Assembly (NCBI GenBank): GCA_002269645.1
Contig: NIVC01000018.1
Coordinates: forward strand, 184,977 to 248,976
Source: Macrostomum lignano
Lineage: Eukaryota
Length of the DNA stretch: 64,000 nt
Direction of reading: 5' to 3'
Part shown: piece by piece, positions 1 to 11,260 of the stretch
Layout of the letters: each line of letters opens with the position of its first letter
Position numbering within the stretch: position 1 is the stretch's first letter
Made by a program: the position numbers and the translations under genes
The notes under the pieces: model-generated
Databases searched by the model: none
Seen by the model: the letters and a program-made list of their open reading frames with translations, nothing else
What the model was told of the DNA's origin: nothing

Positions 1-531
1 GCCGCCACTCTGCAGTCGGCCCGTCAGGAGATGCGCGCCCAGGAGGCGGAGAATTCGCGTCTCACGCAGCTGCTCAACCAGCGTGATGCCCAGTTCCGCC
101 GGCTCACCGAGCAGCTGGAGGAAACCAACGGCAATCTGGGCCGGCTGGCCAATGAAGGCGGCGGCCAGCAGCAGCAGGTTGTGCAGTCTCTGACTGCCGA
201 GCGGGATCGGCTGCGCGCTGAACTGCTGAAAGCTGTGGCCAGCAGCGGCGGCGGGGGAGCCAAAACTGGCGCGGAGGCTGCCGTTAGCCCCGATGCCGGC
301 GGATTGGTGTCGGACGCTGAAAACGACGCCAACTCGTCAAAGAATGTCGGCGGCAACAAGCAGCAGGCTGAACAGGCTGAAGCTGCCGCTGCTGTCGAGG
401 ACAACAAAGCTGGCGTCTGTGGCGGCAGCGGCGTCGAAGACGAGAACGACACCCCTGAGCAGCCGGTTGCTGCGGCTACAGGCCGCAAACCGCTGGGTCC
501 GATGAACTCAGCCCAGGCCGTGCAGCAGTGA
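1..531 (+). CDS. 3' coding end of an unidentified coiled-coil protein (5'-partial; stop TGA 529-531)
   Basis: The frame is open from base 1 (AATLQSARQEMRAQEAENSRLTQLLNQRDAQFRRLTEQLEETNGNL...). A heptad-like Q/E/L/R-rich stretch is followed by a low-complexity tail. It is GC-rich and followed by AT-rich 3'UTR-like DNA. Confidence 0.7.
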   Translation, partial: AATLQSARQEMRAQEAENSRLTQLLNQRDAQFRRLTEQLEETNGNLGRLANEGGGQQQQVVQSLTAERDRLRAELLKAVASSGGGGAKTGAEAAVSPDAGGLVSDAENDANSSKNVGGNKQQAEQAEAAAAVEDNKAGVCGGSGVEDENDTPEQPVAAATGRKPLGPMNSAQAVQQ

Positions 532-2989
532 CTGAGCAGAGAAAAGCCAACCATGCTGAAATTGCTTCTAGGGGCGAGTTTTGTCGGAACTTTTTTCATT
601 GTAAACAACTGATCTTAACTAATTTCCTTAGGGTGTTCGGTGTTGTCCCCAGTGCTTCTAATATTATTATTACTCTACATTCAGGTATGCGAAATTTTGA
701 ATTGAGGCGTTGTTTGATTTTGAAAATCTGCTAATTGAGAAGGCATATTTTCTGCTTTATATGAATATATATATTATGATTATTATTATAATTAGACCTT
801 GCATCGTTGAATAGCGAGTATCAATTCGCACATTGACTACTGTTGTCAGTAGCTTAATATTCATATTTAATCCGCCGTTTGTTTTTAAGATGAAAAATAG
901 CACAAACAAACTGCGTGTCCCAAAATGTTTTAAACCACTTCGCAAAGCATTTTTAATGTATTTATTCACCAGTTGCAATACGACAAAATCGGTGCTTTTT
1001 TATCAGTTTTTCTTTTTCCAACAAACATTTTCCATCTTTTCTTTGCTAACATTCAATTAATTTCATTTAGACAGCATTTATTGTTTATGTAAGTAATCAA
1101 TCATATTTATTCGAGCTGAGAGACAACTTTGTCCTCACGACTAAACTGTTGTCTCAGCCTTGCACCGCACTGCACTTAAAAGCTACTCCCAAATTGCTAA
1201 CAACACACAGACTAATGATATCTGCAAACCTGCCTACCAATAAAGACTCTCGTTGCGATTTGATTCATTGTAAGAAAAAGTATCATTGTGAAACAGTACT
1301 TTTTTTACTGTCGCATTCTGTCTGGCTAATTACGTCGCAAAAATTGTGCAGCTGTATTTTTATTCTTGGTTTTCTCGACTCCCCTAAATTTCCCTGACCT
1401 TCTTGAAGCGTGTGCTAATTTTTATAAAACTTTGCTGACCGTTATTCAAGCAATTATGGAGCTCATTTTTATCTATTAAATATTTTTAATAAAATTAACG
1501 TGGACCCTACCATTTGATAAAATCAAAATATACTAATTTTGTATTCGTAAATTTTGTTTTGTTACATTTTGCCTTTTTAGAAACAAAGTTCCTATTATAC
1601 GATGTATCGATACTATCGAACTAATCAATGTACAGTACACAACTCGTTTTTGAGTCTCAGTTAGATGTGGGCTATAGTTATTATATTTATTAAATCGGGC
1701 AGAAGGTTCGCGTTCATCATTGAGACACCCGTGTTGACAGATACGCCGCTTTATAAAGCCAAATTGAACATGATCGCTGACCGCCTTTAAGGCTGTTGCG
1801 AACAAGTTCTGTGTTCAAAGATCATGTTCGCAAGGCCTACTAAAGCGAACTAATATATTCAATCGGCTGGTAAAATTGCCGTCGATTTAAAATGAGCTAG
1901 GGGCCTAGACTATTATAGATTTAGGCTAGGGTAAGGTTAAGTACAAGAGTCGTTACAGTTTAATACTAAGCCATTTCATTATTGTTAAGCATTAGCAAGT
2001 AGTTAATCTTTACTAGGCTTAGACACAACTGGACTAATTGACTAGGCCCTAATAGGCCTAGTTCAAAAAGCTACATTTGATATCAAGCAACTATTTCATT
2101 GTTGGAATTTAATTGTACTGTAGTATAGGCCAATTCACATTTTCTGGTCTACTTTAAAATAACAGGTATATTATCTTTAGTTAGAAGGCTAGGATAGGCT
2201 AATAATGACTAGATATGAGTTGATAAGATAAGTTCTTTCTAATCTATATTTGGGCTTGGTTGAAATTTTAGAGCCTAGCACCAGGCCTATATATAGCATA
2301 TGCTAGGCTTATCTATGGCTAGTATAGGTTTTTATTGTAGCCATCAGCCATGTAAAGGTAGGGCTAGGTCTAATCAAGTGTTATATATTATATGGACATA
2401 TAGCTCATATAGCTAGGTAGCTACTTTGTCTTTAGGCTATAAAAAAGTTTTTGTTATTAATATTAGTACTAGTAAATTATTTGTAAAGCCTATATTAAAC
2501 ATAAACATTTCTAGTTCTAATTCTAGTATAGAGCCTACTATACTATGAACATTTAACAAATATATTTTGTTAGTATAGCCTATACTATAGGCCTAGCCTA
2601 TTACTTTGTTATAAATATAAGTTAAAAAAGTAAATAAAAAAGTTTTGCCTATACTATAGCTTAACAAGGCTTAGCTAGGCTATTATTCTTTTTAAACAAC
2701 CTTTATGACTATCTTACCTAGTTAGACTAGGCTAGTCTACCTCACTTAGTCTATCTAATCTAGTTTATTCTAGCTAGGCTTCTTTATTCTAAGCTATTTT
2801 TCTTTGGCTAGCCTTTATAATTATCTTTCAAGGAAATATCTAGAGAAATTTAAAAAGGGCAAACTATACAAAGCAACTATAACCTAAAATTAGAAAATAG
2901 ACCTTGGCCAAAATATATGACCCAGAGTTTTTAATCCATAGTTAAGGGAGATATCATGGCTATGGCCCCTTGGGACCTTTGGATCTATC

Positions 2990-4520
2990 TTTGCTATCTC
3001 TTCTAGGTAGCCTTTCTAGGCACTCCCCTCTAGACTATCTAGGCCATCTATTCTAGGCTATTCTTCTTAGGTAGTCCTTCTAGGCTGTCTTTCCTAGGTA
3101 GCCCTCCTAGACAGTTCCTCTAGGCTATCTCTCCTACTTTACCTTTCCCAGACAGCCCTATTAGGCTACCCCTCTATGGCTACCCTTCCTATTCAACCCC
3201 TCAGGCTTCCTCTTATTCTACCTCTCCCATTCTACCCCTCCCAGACTACCCTTCCCATTCTACCCTTCTCAGGCTACCCTTCCCAGGCAGCCTTCCCATT
3301 CTACCCCTCCCATTCTACCCCTCCCATTATACCCCTCCCAGGCTACCTTTCCTAGGCTACCCTTCCCAGGCTACCCTTCCCAGGCTACCCTTCCCAGGCT
3401 ACCCTTCCCAGGCTACCCTTCCCAGGCTACCCTTCCCAGGCTACCCTTCCCAGGCTACCCTTCCCAGGCTATCTCTCCCATGCTACCCTTCCCAGGCAGC
3501 CCTCCCATTCTACCCCTCCCATTCTACCCCTCCCATTCTACCCCTCCCAGGCTACCCTTCCCAGGCTACCCTTCCCAGGCTACCTCCCATTCTACCCTTC
3601 CCAGGCTACCTCTCCCATTCTACCCTTCCCAGGCTACCCTCCCATTCTACCCCTCCCAGGCTACCCTTCCCAGGCTACCCTTCCCAGGCTAGCCCTCCCA
3701 GGATAACCATCCGAGGATACCCTTCCCAGTGAGCTCTCAGCTCTCCCAAGCTACCCCGTCCAGTTTACCCCTCCCACTATACCCATCCCAAGCTACTTTC
3801 CTATGCAACCCTCCCAGGCTACCCCTGCTACTCTACCCCTCTCAGGCTACCCCTTCCATCACAACCTCTTCCAGGCTCTCTCCCAGGCTACCCTTCCTAC
3901 TCAAACCATCAGGCTCCTCTTTCCTACTCTTCCCCTCCTACTCTTCCCCTTCTACTCTACACCTCCCAGGCGAACCTTCCCAGGCAGCCCTCCCAGCCTA
4001 CCCACCCCTCCCCGGCAGCCCTCCCAGCGTACCCCTCCCAGCTTACCCCTCCCAAGCAGCCCTCCCTGCCTACCCCTCCCAGGCAGCCCTCCCAGCGTAC
4101 CCCTCCCAGCCTACTCCTCCCAGGCAGCCCTCCCTGCCTACCCCTCCCAGGCAGCGCTCCGAGACTACCCACCCCTCCCAGGCAGCCCTCCCAGCCTACC
4201 CCTCCCAGGCAGCCCTCCCAGCCTACCCCTCCCAGGCAGCCCTCCCAGCCTACCCCTCCCAGCCTACCCCTCCCAGGCAGCCCTCCCAGCCTACCCCTTC
4301 CAGCCTACCCCTCCCAGCCTACCCCTCCCAGCCTACCCCTCCCAGCCTACCCCTCCCAGGCAGCCCTCCCAGCCTACCCCTCCCAGCCTACCCCTCCCAG
4401 GCAGCCCTCCCTGCCTACCCCTCCCAGGCAGCGCTCCGAGACTACCCCTCCTACTCTACCCCTCCCAGGCAGCCCTTCCAGGCTACTCCTCCCAGGCTAC
4501 CCCTTCCATGGCAACCACTT
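2990..4520 (+). repeat. C-rich 14-15 bp minisatellite (cccaggctaccctt / cccagcctacccct / cccaggcagccct) in left arm
   Basis: Tandem units are directly visible. They are progressively degenerate toward the outer (2990-3150) edge. Confidence 0.9.
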
Positions 4521-4799
4521 CCAGGCTATCTCCCACTGTGCCCCCGTGTACTGTCTCCATTTATGTTCGAAACTGAGAAGATTGTTTCGTTTTGGTATTA
4601 TTTAAAAAGATAATGCATCATTATTTACTTCAGACGCTTCACTCTCATTATTTCAGGTGCGTACATGCGAGTCAGCTAACGCTGACGCCGCACTTAGTAT
4701 TCGGCTTTCCAACGGGGAACTGTGCGTTTATGAAAGCTATTTGGGATTTGGGATGCCAGAAAAGAAATACTATTTTGCAAGGATCCGATGAATGCTGCC

Positions 4800-5400
4800 G
4801 CTTCGGCTGCAGTGACCACCGGCTCAAGCGGAGGACGATCGCAGGACTGTTTGCTGCCTGCCACTTCGGCTGCAGTGACCACCGGCTCAAGCGGAGGACG
4901 ATCGCAGGACTGTTTGCTGCCTGCCGCTTCGGCTGCAGTGACCACCGGCTCAAGCGGAGGACGATCGCAGGACTGTTTGCTGCCTGCCGCTTGCTGCAGT
5001 GACCACCGGCTCAAGCGGAGGACGATCGCAGGACTGTTTGCTGCCTGCCGCTTGCTGCAGTGACCACCGGCTCAAGCGGAGGACGATCGCAGGACTGTTT
5101 GCTGCCTGCCGCTTGCTGCAGTGACCACCGGCTCAAGCGGAGGACGATCGCAGGACTGTTTGCTGCCTGCCGCTTGCTGCAGTGACCACCGGCTCAAGCG
5201 GAGGACGATCGCAGGACTGTTTGCTGCCTGCCACTTCGGCTGCAGTGACCACCGGCTCAAGCGGAGGACGATCGCAGGACTGTTTGCTGCCTGCCACTTC
5301 GGCTGCAGTGACCACCGGCTCAAGCGGAGGACGATCGCAGGACTGTTTGCTGCCTGCCGCTTGCTGCAGTGACCACCGGCTCAAGCGGAGGACGATCGCT
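4800..5400 (+). repeat. 61/63-bp GC-rich tandem array, about 10 units (left arm)
   Basis: The unit gcagtgaccaccggctcaagcggaggacgatcgcaggactgtttgctgcctgcc(r)ctt(cg)gct starts at 4809, 4872, 4935, 4996 and so on. Confidence 0.95.
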
Positions 5401-7198
5401 GCTCCGCGTGCTATCATCTACGAGTGTTGCGAGTGCTAAGGGCGAACGAAGGACTAATGAAGGAGCATATTATCCGATTTCCTTCAGAGGCGATCCTTGC
5501 CAGTTATTTATCTTCGCGTGGAATTAGCAGTGAGTAAAAAATATGAGTATTATGTGCTGCCGCTTATACACTCTACAATATCATCAGCAGAATACGTTAA
5601 ATGAGGTCGTTTGAAACAAAAAGAGTACGTAGATGGTAAGATGGCATGTATTTAGCTTCTTCCTAGTAAAATCAGTGAATTGTTTTGGTCGCGTACATAA
5701 CCTATTCAGCTTCTCCGCTCATAGTCACTCCAGCATTAACTGCTAACAATGCAAATTAGCTATGAACTGTATTGGAATGCTTTGCATCATGCATTTGCAT
5801 TTTAAATAAAAGGAATTTTTCTCTCGTTCATTGGCAGGTGTCGAGATGAGACAAAGCAATGTGCATTACGCTGCTGCCGATGCACAGAACGCAGAGTGCA
5901 CGCAGGATCCTCGTAGAAGGATCTCAGAAAGAAGACGACAGTGACGACTACGACATGTATGACTATTCAGCCACATTTGGACAGAAATTAGCTGTTAGCC
6001 GTTTAAATATGTTTGGTCACACTTCTCTGTGACTGTGGCATGTAGAACATTTAATCCGTGACCTCTTTGCAATATTGCACTACCATCAAACGGTGACCCT
6101 CTTTCTCTCGCTCTGTACTGCTGTAACCAGTTTTTTGTCCCCCCTGTCGAGTTTTGCTAATCAAACTGTGAGAGAACTATGCAGCGCGTTTTTTTCGCCA
6201 AACCTGGTATTATAAACATGTGACTAAAATAAAACAGGCTGCACTGCTTTTACCTATGCTTTTTACGATAATTCACTGTGTCCTGTTCTCAAACATTCCT
6301 TTTTTATCGAATTCTCTTTTGATGACACAAATATGGTCACACGACGGTCACAAAGAATAGTGGGAGGTAGAGCCATAGGGCGAGAGGTATAAAGTATATG
6401 ATTTTACATTACAGTAGTCTCAATAGTTTGTCTACCCCTCTTGGCCTCCCTTTCTCCTCGCCCTCTGTCTCTGCAGCACCTGTTGGTTAAACATGAGAGG
6501 AAAGCTCGGCGAGAAAAGCCTCTGTGTAAAAGTCTCGTACCTGACATCCTGTCACTTTTAAATAGCCTTATGACTTTCCTGGTACATGGACATTTACATA
6601 TGTAAGTTGTTTCCATTCGATCAAGGCAAATGATCTATAATTAGTATAGGTATACTAGTAATAGTAAATTCAGTTAGTCTTATCATGCACGAGCAATGGC
6701 GGATCTAGAATCTGCCATAGCATAGGGAGGCCAAACATGAGTATGAGGGGTACCAATTATGAGGGGGCGCAAAAATCTGTACTGCTGAAAATAACGAATG
6801 GGAAACACGGATTGCATGTTATCAATTTCTTAAATACGTATTTGAACTGAGAAGCACAATACCGGGGAGAAGTGTTTAGCCTTCTCTCTGCTTGGCAAGT
6901 GCACATGCACTATCTACATGCAAGTTATTGAGCAGATTTGAGAGTTGTGTACAGTAGTAGAGGGTTACTTGACTTAGCTGCAGGGGTTCCAGGCATCCGG
7001 ACGCAGCGAGGAGGCGTTATTTGTGGATCTATGAGAATTTTGAGAATTTCGTGATTGCCTGTTTACCTTAAGAAAGAAATTATAAAAAGGAAAGCTATTA
7101 GCAGAGACGCGATTTTCTTTTGATAAATTCGACACAGGCAGGCAGCCAGGCAGGCAGACAGACAGGTAGGAAGGTAGGTAGGAAGGTAAACAGGCAAT

Positions 7199-7506
7199 CA
7201 CGAGAAATTTCTTGCGGGAAAATCTTTCTGCTGGAAAAAGTCTGCGGGGAAAATTCGTGCGGGAAAATCTCGTGCGGTAAAGCTCCTGCGGGGAAAGCTC
7301 GGCGGGAAAAATTCCTGCGGGAAAATCTCGTGCGGTAAAGCTCCTGCGGGGAAAGCTCGGCGGGAAAAATTCCTGCGGGAAAATCTCGTGCGGTAAAGCT
7401 CCTGCGGGGAAAGCTCGGCGGGAAAAATTCCTGCGGGAAATTCTCGTGCGGTAAAGCTCCTGCGGGGAAAGCTCGGCGGGAAAAATTCCTGCGGGAAATT
7501 CTCGTG
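7199..7506 (+). repeat. 58-59 bp tandem array rich in GCGGGAAA
   Basis: About 4.5 copies of gcgggaaaatctcgtgcggtaaagctcctgcggggaaagctcggcgggaaaaattcct. Confidence 0.9.
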
Positions 7507-9151
7507 CTCCCGTTAATTGCCTCTTCAACTTCACGACTACAACTTCAAGCTTCGCCATCCGCATGTTGTCAGCATGATGTCACCGATGAATTGAAGAGAA
7601 TGTCAGTTTTGACGAGCTACATGTAAGTTTATCCACGTTGCTCGATTTTCTACCGAGGAAAAGCCTTTATTTATTACAGTGACTACGTTCACACAAATAA
7701 AATTTGTCAGACCGGTCGAATCATTGAAACAAATTTGCCTGGTCAAACTTCCACTGCTTGTAGAGAATTCACTACTATAGAGAGTTCTTTGCCGCTGCTT
7801 CTGTCATGCCCATTCTCTTGATTCTGGGCAGCGTTGCGCTAACACTTCCGTGCTTGCGTTTGAGAAGATCCTTGAAAAAATTTTCCATGTTCAACTGGAC
7901 CCATGCAGATCTGCTGTGCGAGTGTCTCGAAGGCTGGCCAACTTCATCTACATGTATAAAGGCATGGTGAGATTCCCGAGACGTCCAGGCAATTAACCCC
8001 CGTTTGCTCTCACCGACTTCGCAAACTGAAGCCGTAGCTGAATGCTTCTTTTAAACACCTGGCCTGTATAGATGCTAACTTTGTTATAGCCATCTATGTT
8101 TGCCTTTTACAGTTTATACGGAGTTTTCCGATACTAGCATATATCTTACTGTCGTATGGCTCGGAAAGAAGTGCATTTTGGCGTAACTCCAGTAGTGGAA
8201 TATAAAGGAAACTCCAGCATTAGAGCCTTGCAGACTCCAATACTCGATTGATGGTCGATTTTAGCGTGCAGTTTAGTGCGACACTGCTCAGCGGCTTGCG
8301 TAGTTTTGATTAGTTGCAAGTTGCAGGACAGCCGGTTTACTTGCAGAATCTTTACTGACAGCAGGTTGATAAGGTGCAAATTTGACAAGTGCACCTAGGC
8401 CGGCGGGGAGGATACAAAATTTTGGCATTTTGCAGAGTGGCTTTTGCGCCTATGCGCCCAACATTTCCTGATAGATTTCGGCTCCCTGAGTCGATTGGCG
8501 CCGGTCCCAGAGCGCCAGAAGGTCATCCAGTAGAGTTATCTGCACTTTTCCAGTGCCAAAACCGAAACTCCAGTACTGGACGTTTATATCAGCTCCAGTA
8601 CTCGCTCCAACGCTGGAGTTTTCTTATGCTCCAATCCACTCCACGGCTGCGTGTGGATCCACTTGCAATCAGTAAATTAAAGTGGCAAAAGTAGAGATAA
8701 GTTTTGTTGTTAAATATTAAGCGTGCAAAGGTACATGTATTATTAACTACTGATGTAACCACGCTCTGGTCGCGGGATAGGGCAGGGAAACTTTTTCGAA
8801 GGGTCCCGCTCATCGCCGTGCACCCCCTGCGCAGAGCCGTCGAGACTGGGCTAAGGTCTTCGACCAGGCCTGCAGACTACCGCTCTGCTGCACCTCCTGC
8901 TGCCTTGGCTCTGTCTCCCCTGCCGCCACACTTGCCTTTCCGGAGCTCCCTACCCCTCTCTGTACCTCCCCTTCTACCCTATCTCCTCTGCGCTTCCCTC
9001 TATTCTTCGTGTAATTTTCCTGCCCCCTCTCTTTTTGTCTCTTTCTGCACTATTTTCCTGCGCTGTCCCCCTTTCCCTGCGTCTACTTACAGTATTTTGT
9101 GTGCTCACCGCCCCCATCCCTTCTCAAACTCCCAAACGGTGACGCAGGTCG

Positions 9152-10470
9152 TGTGACCCCTCCTTCCCCTCGATGACTCATCGACGACTTATTCCCCTCT
9201 CTTGCGCAACCTTTTCTCATGCTATTGTTCTCCTCCCCAAATTTCTCATGCGACACCCACTCCACCTCCGCTTCTATTGTTCTCGTTTTTGATTCTTTTT
9301 TCTCTTTATCCCCACCAATTATCACATTTTCTCCGATTTTCTCTTTCTATTGTTCTCGTTTTCGCACCTAATTATCACCTTTTCTCCAATGTTTGCTTTT
9401 CTATTGTTCTCGGTTCTCCCCAATTATGCCCGATTTCCAATTCCTTTGTTCTCGACCCCCGCCCCATTGTTCTCAATGTTTGCTTGCGCAACACTTTCGC
9501 GGCCTCCCGCTGCGCCAATTATCCCCCACCCCGCCTCCGGATTGCACAATTCTCCCATTTCTCATGATGCTATGCCGTTCTCATGCTTCTCATCATGACT
9601 CATTCTGACGTCATTCTGCCGGCAGCCAATCAGAGAGAGGGAGTCATGTTAACGACCTTGGAGCGGCGGCTGGGAAGGCTATAAAAGGAAGCGATTTTGG
9701 CATGAGAATCCTCAACCTTCGGGCTCCTCGTCTTTCTTTAGACTTGCTGTTAGCCATAGCTCTGACCTATTATTCGTCTATAGGGCGAATCCCTGCCGGC
9801 CCGCTGTCTGATACCGCCAAGTCACCTTAGCTCCCAAAGTGAGCTCGCCTATCGGCCAGCGGTCTGATACCGCCCAGCAACATCAGCATCGCCTGATCTA
9901 CATCAGCGCCTCGTCGCTTCAGCGCATCGCCGCTTCACCGTCTGCCTGACTGCAGCCTACAGCCGTCCTCGGTCACTCCATCGCTCTCTCTCTCTCTCTC
10001 TGTGCAGCTGCCGGTAAGTTTCTATTACTAGTTTGTGCTCTAATTGCCTTTGCTTATCCGAGGTTTGCCTATTTTCCATTGCTTGATTAGAGAGCTGAGC
10101 CAATTGTGATACCGTATCTTTTGCTGTACTTTTTACTCAATAGTGAAGCCGTTTAATTGCCTGATTATTTGCCTAAGGGCCTAATTATTAACTATTAACT
10201 AACCTCATCATTATTCACTCTTTCACCATCATTTCACACATGGCTTGCTAAGCCTTTCCCCGGGGTGGCGAAGCATAAGGAAGTTTGGTTAAGTGGCCTC
10301 TCCCCGTGCAAAGCCCGCCTGTGAGTGCGTGCTGCGGGTCCGTGTGTGCATGCAGTAGAGGGAATTAGTGGCAGTAGGAAGGTTGCAACCCCATGCTGAC
10401 GCGTCCCTTCGCCCTGAGCAATCTAAACCATAGACAGTACATGTTCGCCTCATACTACTCTTAGTAATCA
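9152..10470 (+). mobile_element. Candidate solo LTR nested in the foldback core
   Basis: TG start at 9152 and CA end at 10470, flanked by AGGTCG at 9146-9151 and 10471-10476. It contains U3-like repeats (tattgttctc, about 5 copies), a CRE/CCAAT/TATA cluster and a donor-like ggtaagt near 10014. No internal gag/pol was seen. Confidence 0.4.
9606..9686 (+). promoter_or_regulatory. Pol II core promoter-like cluster: CRE TGACGTCA (9606), AGCCAATCAG (9624), TATAAAA (9680)
   Basis: Canonical motifs appear in canonical order and spacing. AP-1-like TGACTCA sites lie at about 9174 and 9596. Confidence 0.55.
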
Positions 10471-10730
10471 AGGTCGTAAGTCAGCCTCGCTCACAGCCAC
10501 AAAGGATCCCCTGCTGAGAAATCCTCCAGATTGAGCCCAGAGTTCCCGATCATGCCCCAAGCAGAGTCCCTGTACTCGGCTGCATGTGTCTCCCCTGTTA
10601 GCCTAAATCTCCTGGTAACCATCCCAGGCGGGGCTCTAGCCTCGAGAGGTCTGGTAGTAAGATCCAGGTGCGCCAGGTCACATAGAGTGGTGGCAGCCAC
10701 TCGGTCATACTATGACCGAGTGACCAACTA

Positions 10731-11260
10731 TTGCACCTTGACTACAGGTGGGGTCCATGTGGGTCCTTGGCCCTCTGGTCACGAAGCGCTACCAAAGCTA
10801 TCAATCATGTGGGCGGGACAGTCTGGTGCTGGAGGTCCGTCAGGTCATTGCCCGGTCATAGGCAGCCCCCCTCTAGTCATGCGTTCGTCCCTCAACGGAG
10901 CGGACAGGCGACAAGGGCGGTTACATCACAACCTAATGGCAGCACACTGGGACTCAATTACAGTGTTTTTCAGAGCGAGGTGCTTGCCATCAGCTTCTGT
11001 GTGCAGAGCTGCGTCGAAGGCAGTTTAGCTTGCAGTCAGAAATTTATTTTTGATAAATGATAGCCAAGCAGCCATTCTGGCCGTCTGCTGCAGCACCACC
11101 AACTCCAGATCTGTCCCTGGACTGCAACGCCCGGCTCCATGGGCTTGCGCTGGGCAACCAGGTGGAGCTCAAGCGGATCCCGGCCCACGATGTTATGGTT
11201 TCCATCCCGGCAAGGCTGGCTCCGCCGGCGCGCTTCTGGACCGGGCCCAGCTGGGGCCCC
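10731..11260 (+). pseudogene. Degenerate non-LTR retrotransposon (I/R1/LOA-type) fragment, RNase H domain
   Basis: Successive frames give SVFQSEVLAI (cf. FQAEVLAI), DSQAAILAV (cf. DSQAAI) and GNQVELKRIPAH (cf. V.L.W.PGH), which are the RNase H motifs in order, broken by frameshifts. Confidence 0.7.

Larger units (their letters stand above)
1726..5418 (+). repeat. Left inverted arm (TIR), about 3.7 kb: terminal motifs, TpA-rich domain, C-rich minisatellite, 61/63-bp array
   Basis: Matches the right arm in reverse complement, e.g. ATAAAGCCAAATTGAACATGATCGC at 1753 versus GCGATCATGTTCAATTTGGCTTTAT ending at 15989. Similarity stops at about 5418. Confidence 0.92.

Noticed and set aside
24-608. 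Minus-strand 194-aa ORF and other antisense ORFs over GC-rich exons
   Set aside because: These are shadow frames of the real exons, and several rely on non-ATG starts that are irrelevant in a eukaryotic gene context.
3729-4613. Pro/Ser/Tyr-rich 294-aa ORF (extensin-like)
   Set aside because: Translation of the C-rich arm minisatellite. The mirror arm does not preserve an equivalent long ORF in the track.
4800-5400. 61/63-bp array as a CRISPR array
   Set aside because: The units are contiguous with no unique spacers, there are no cas genes, and the context is eukaryotic and inside a TIR.
6685-6770. caatggcggatctagaatctgccat hairpin resembling a hAT/MITE terminus
   Set aside because: Only one end was found, with no partner TIR or TSD, so it is too weak to call.
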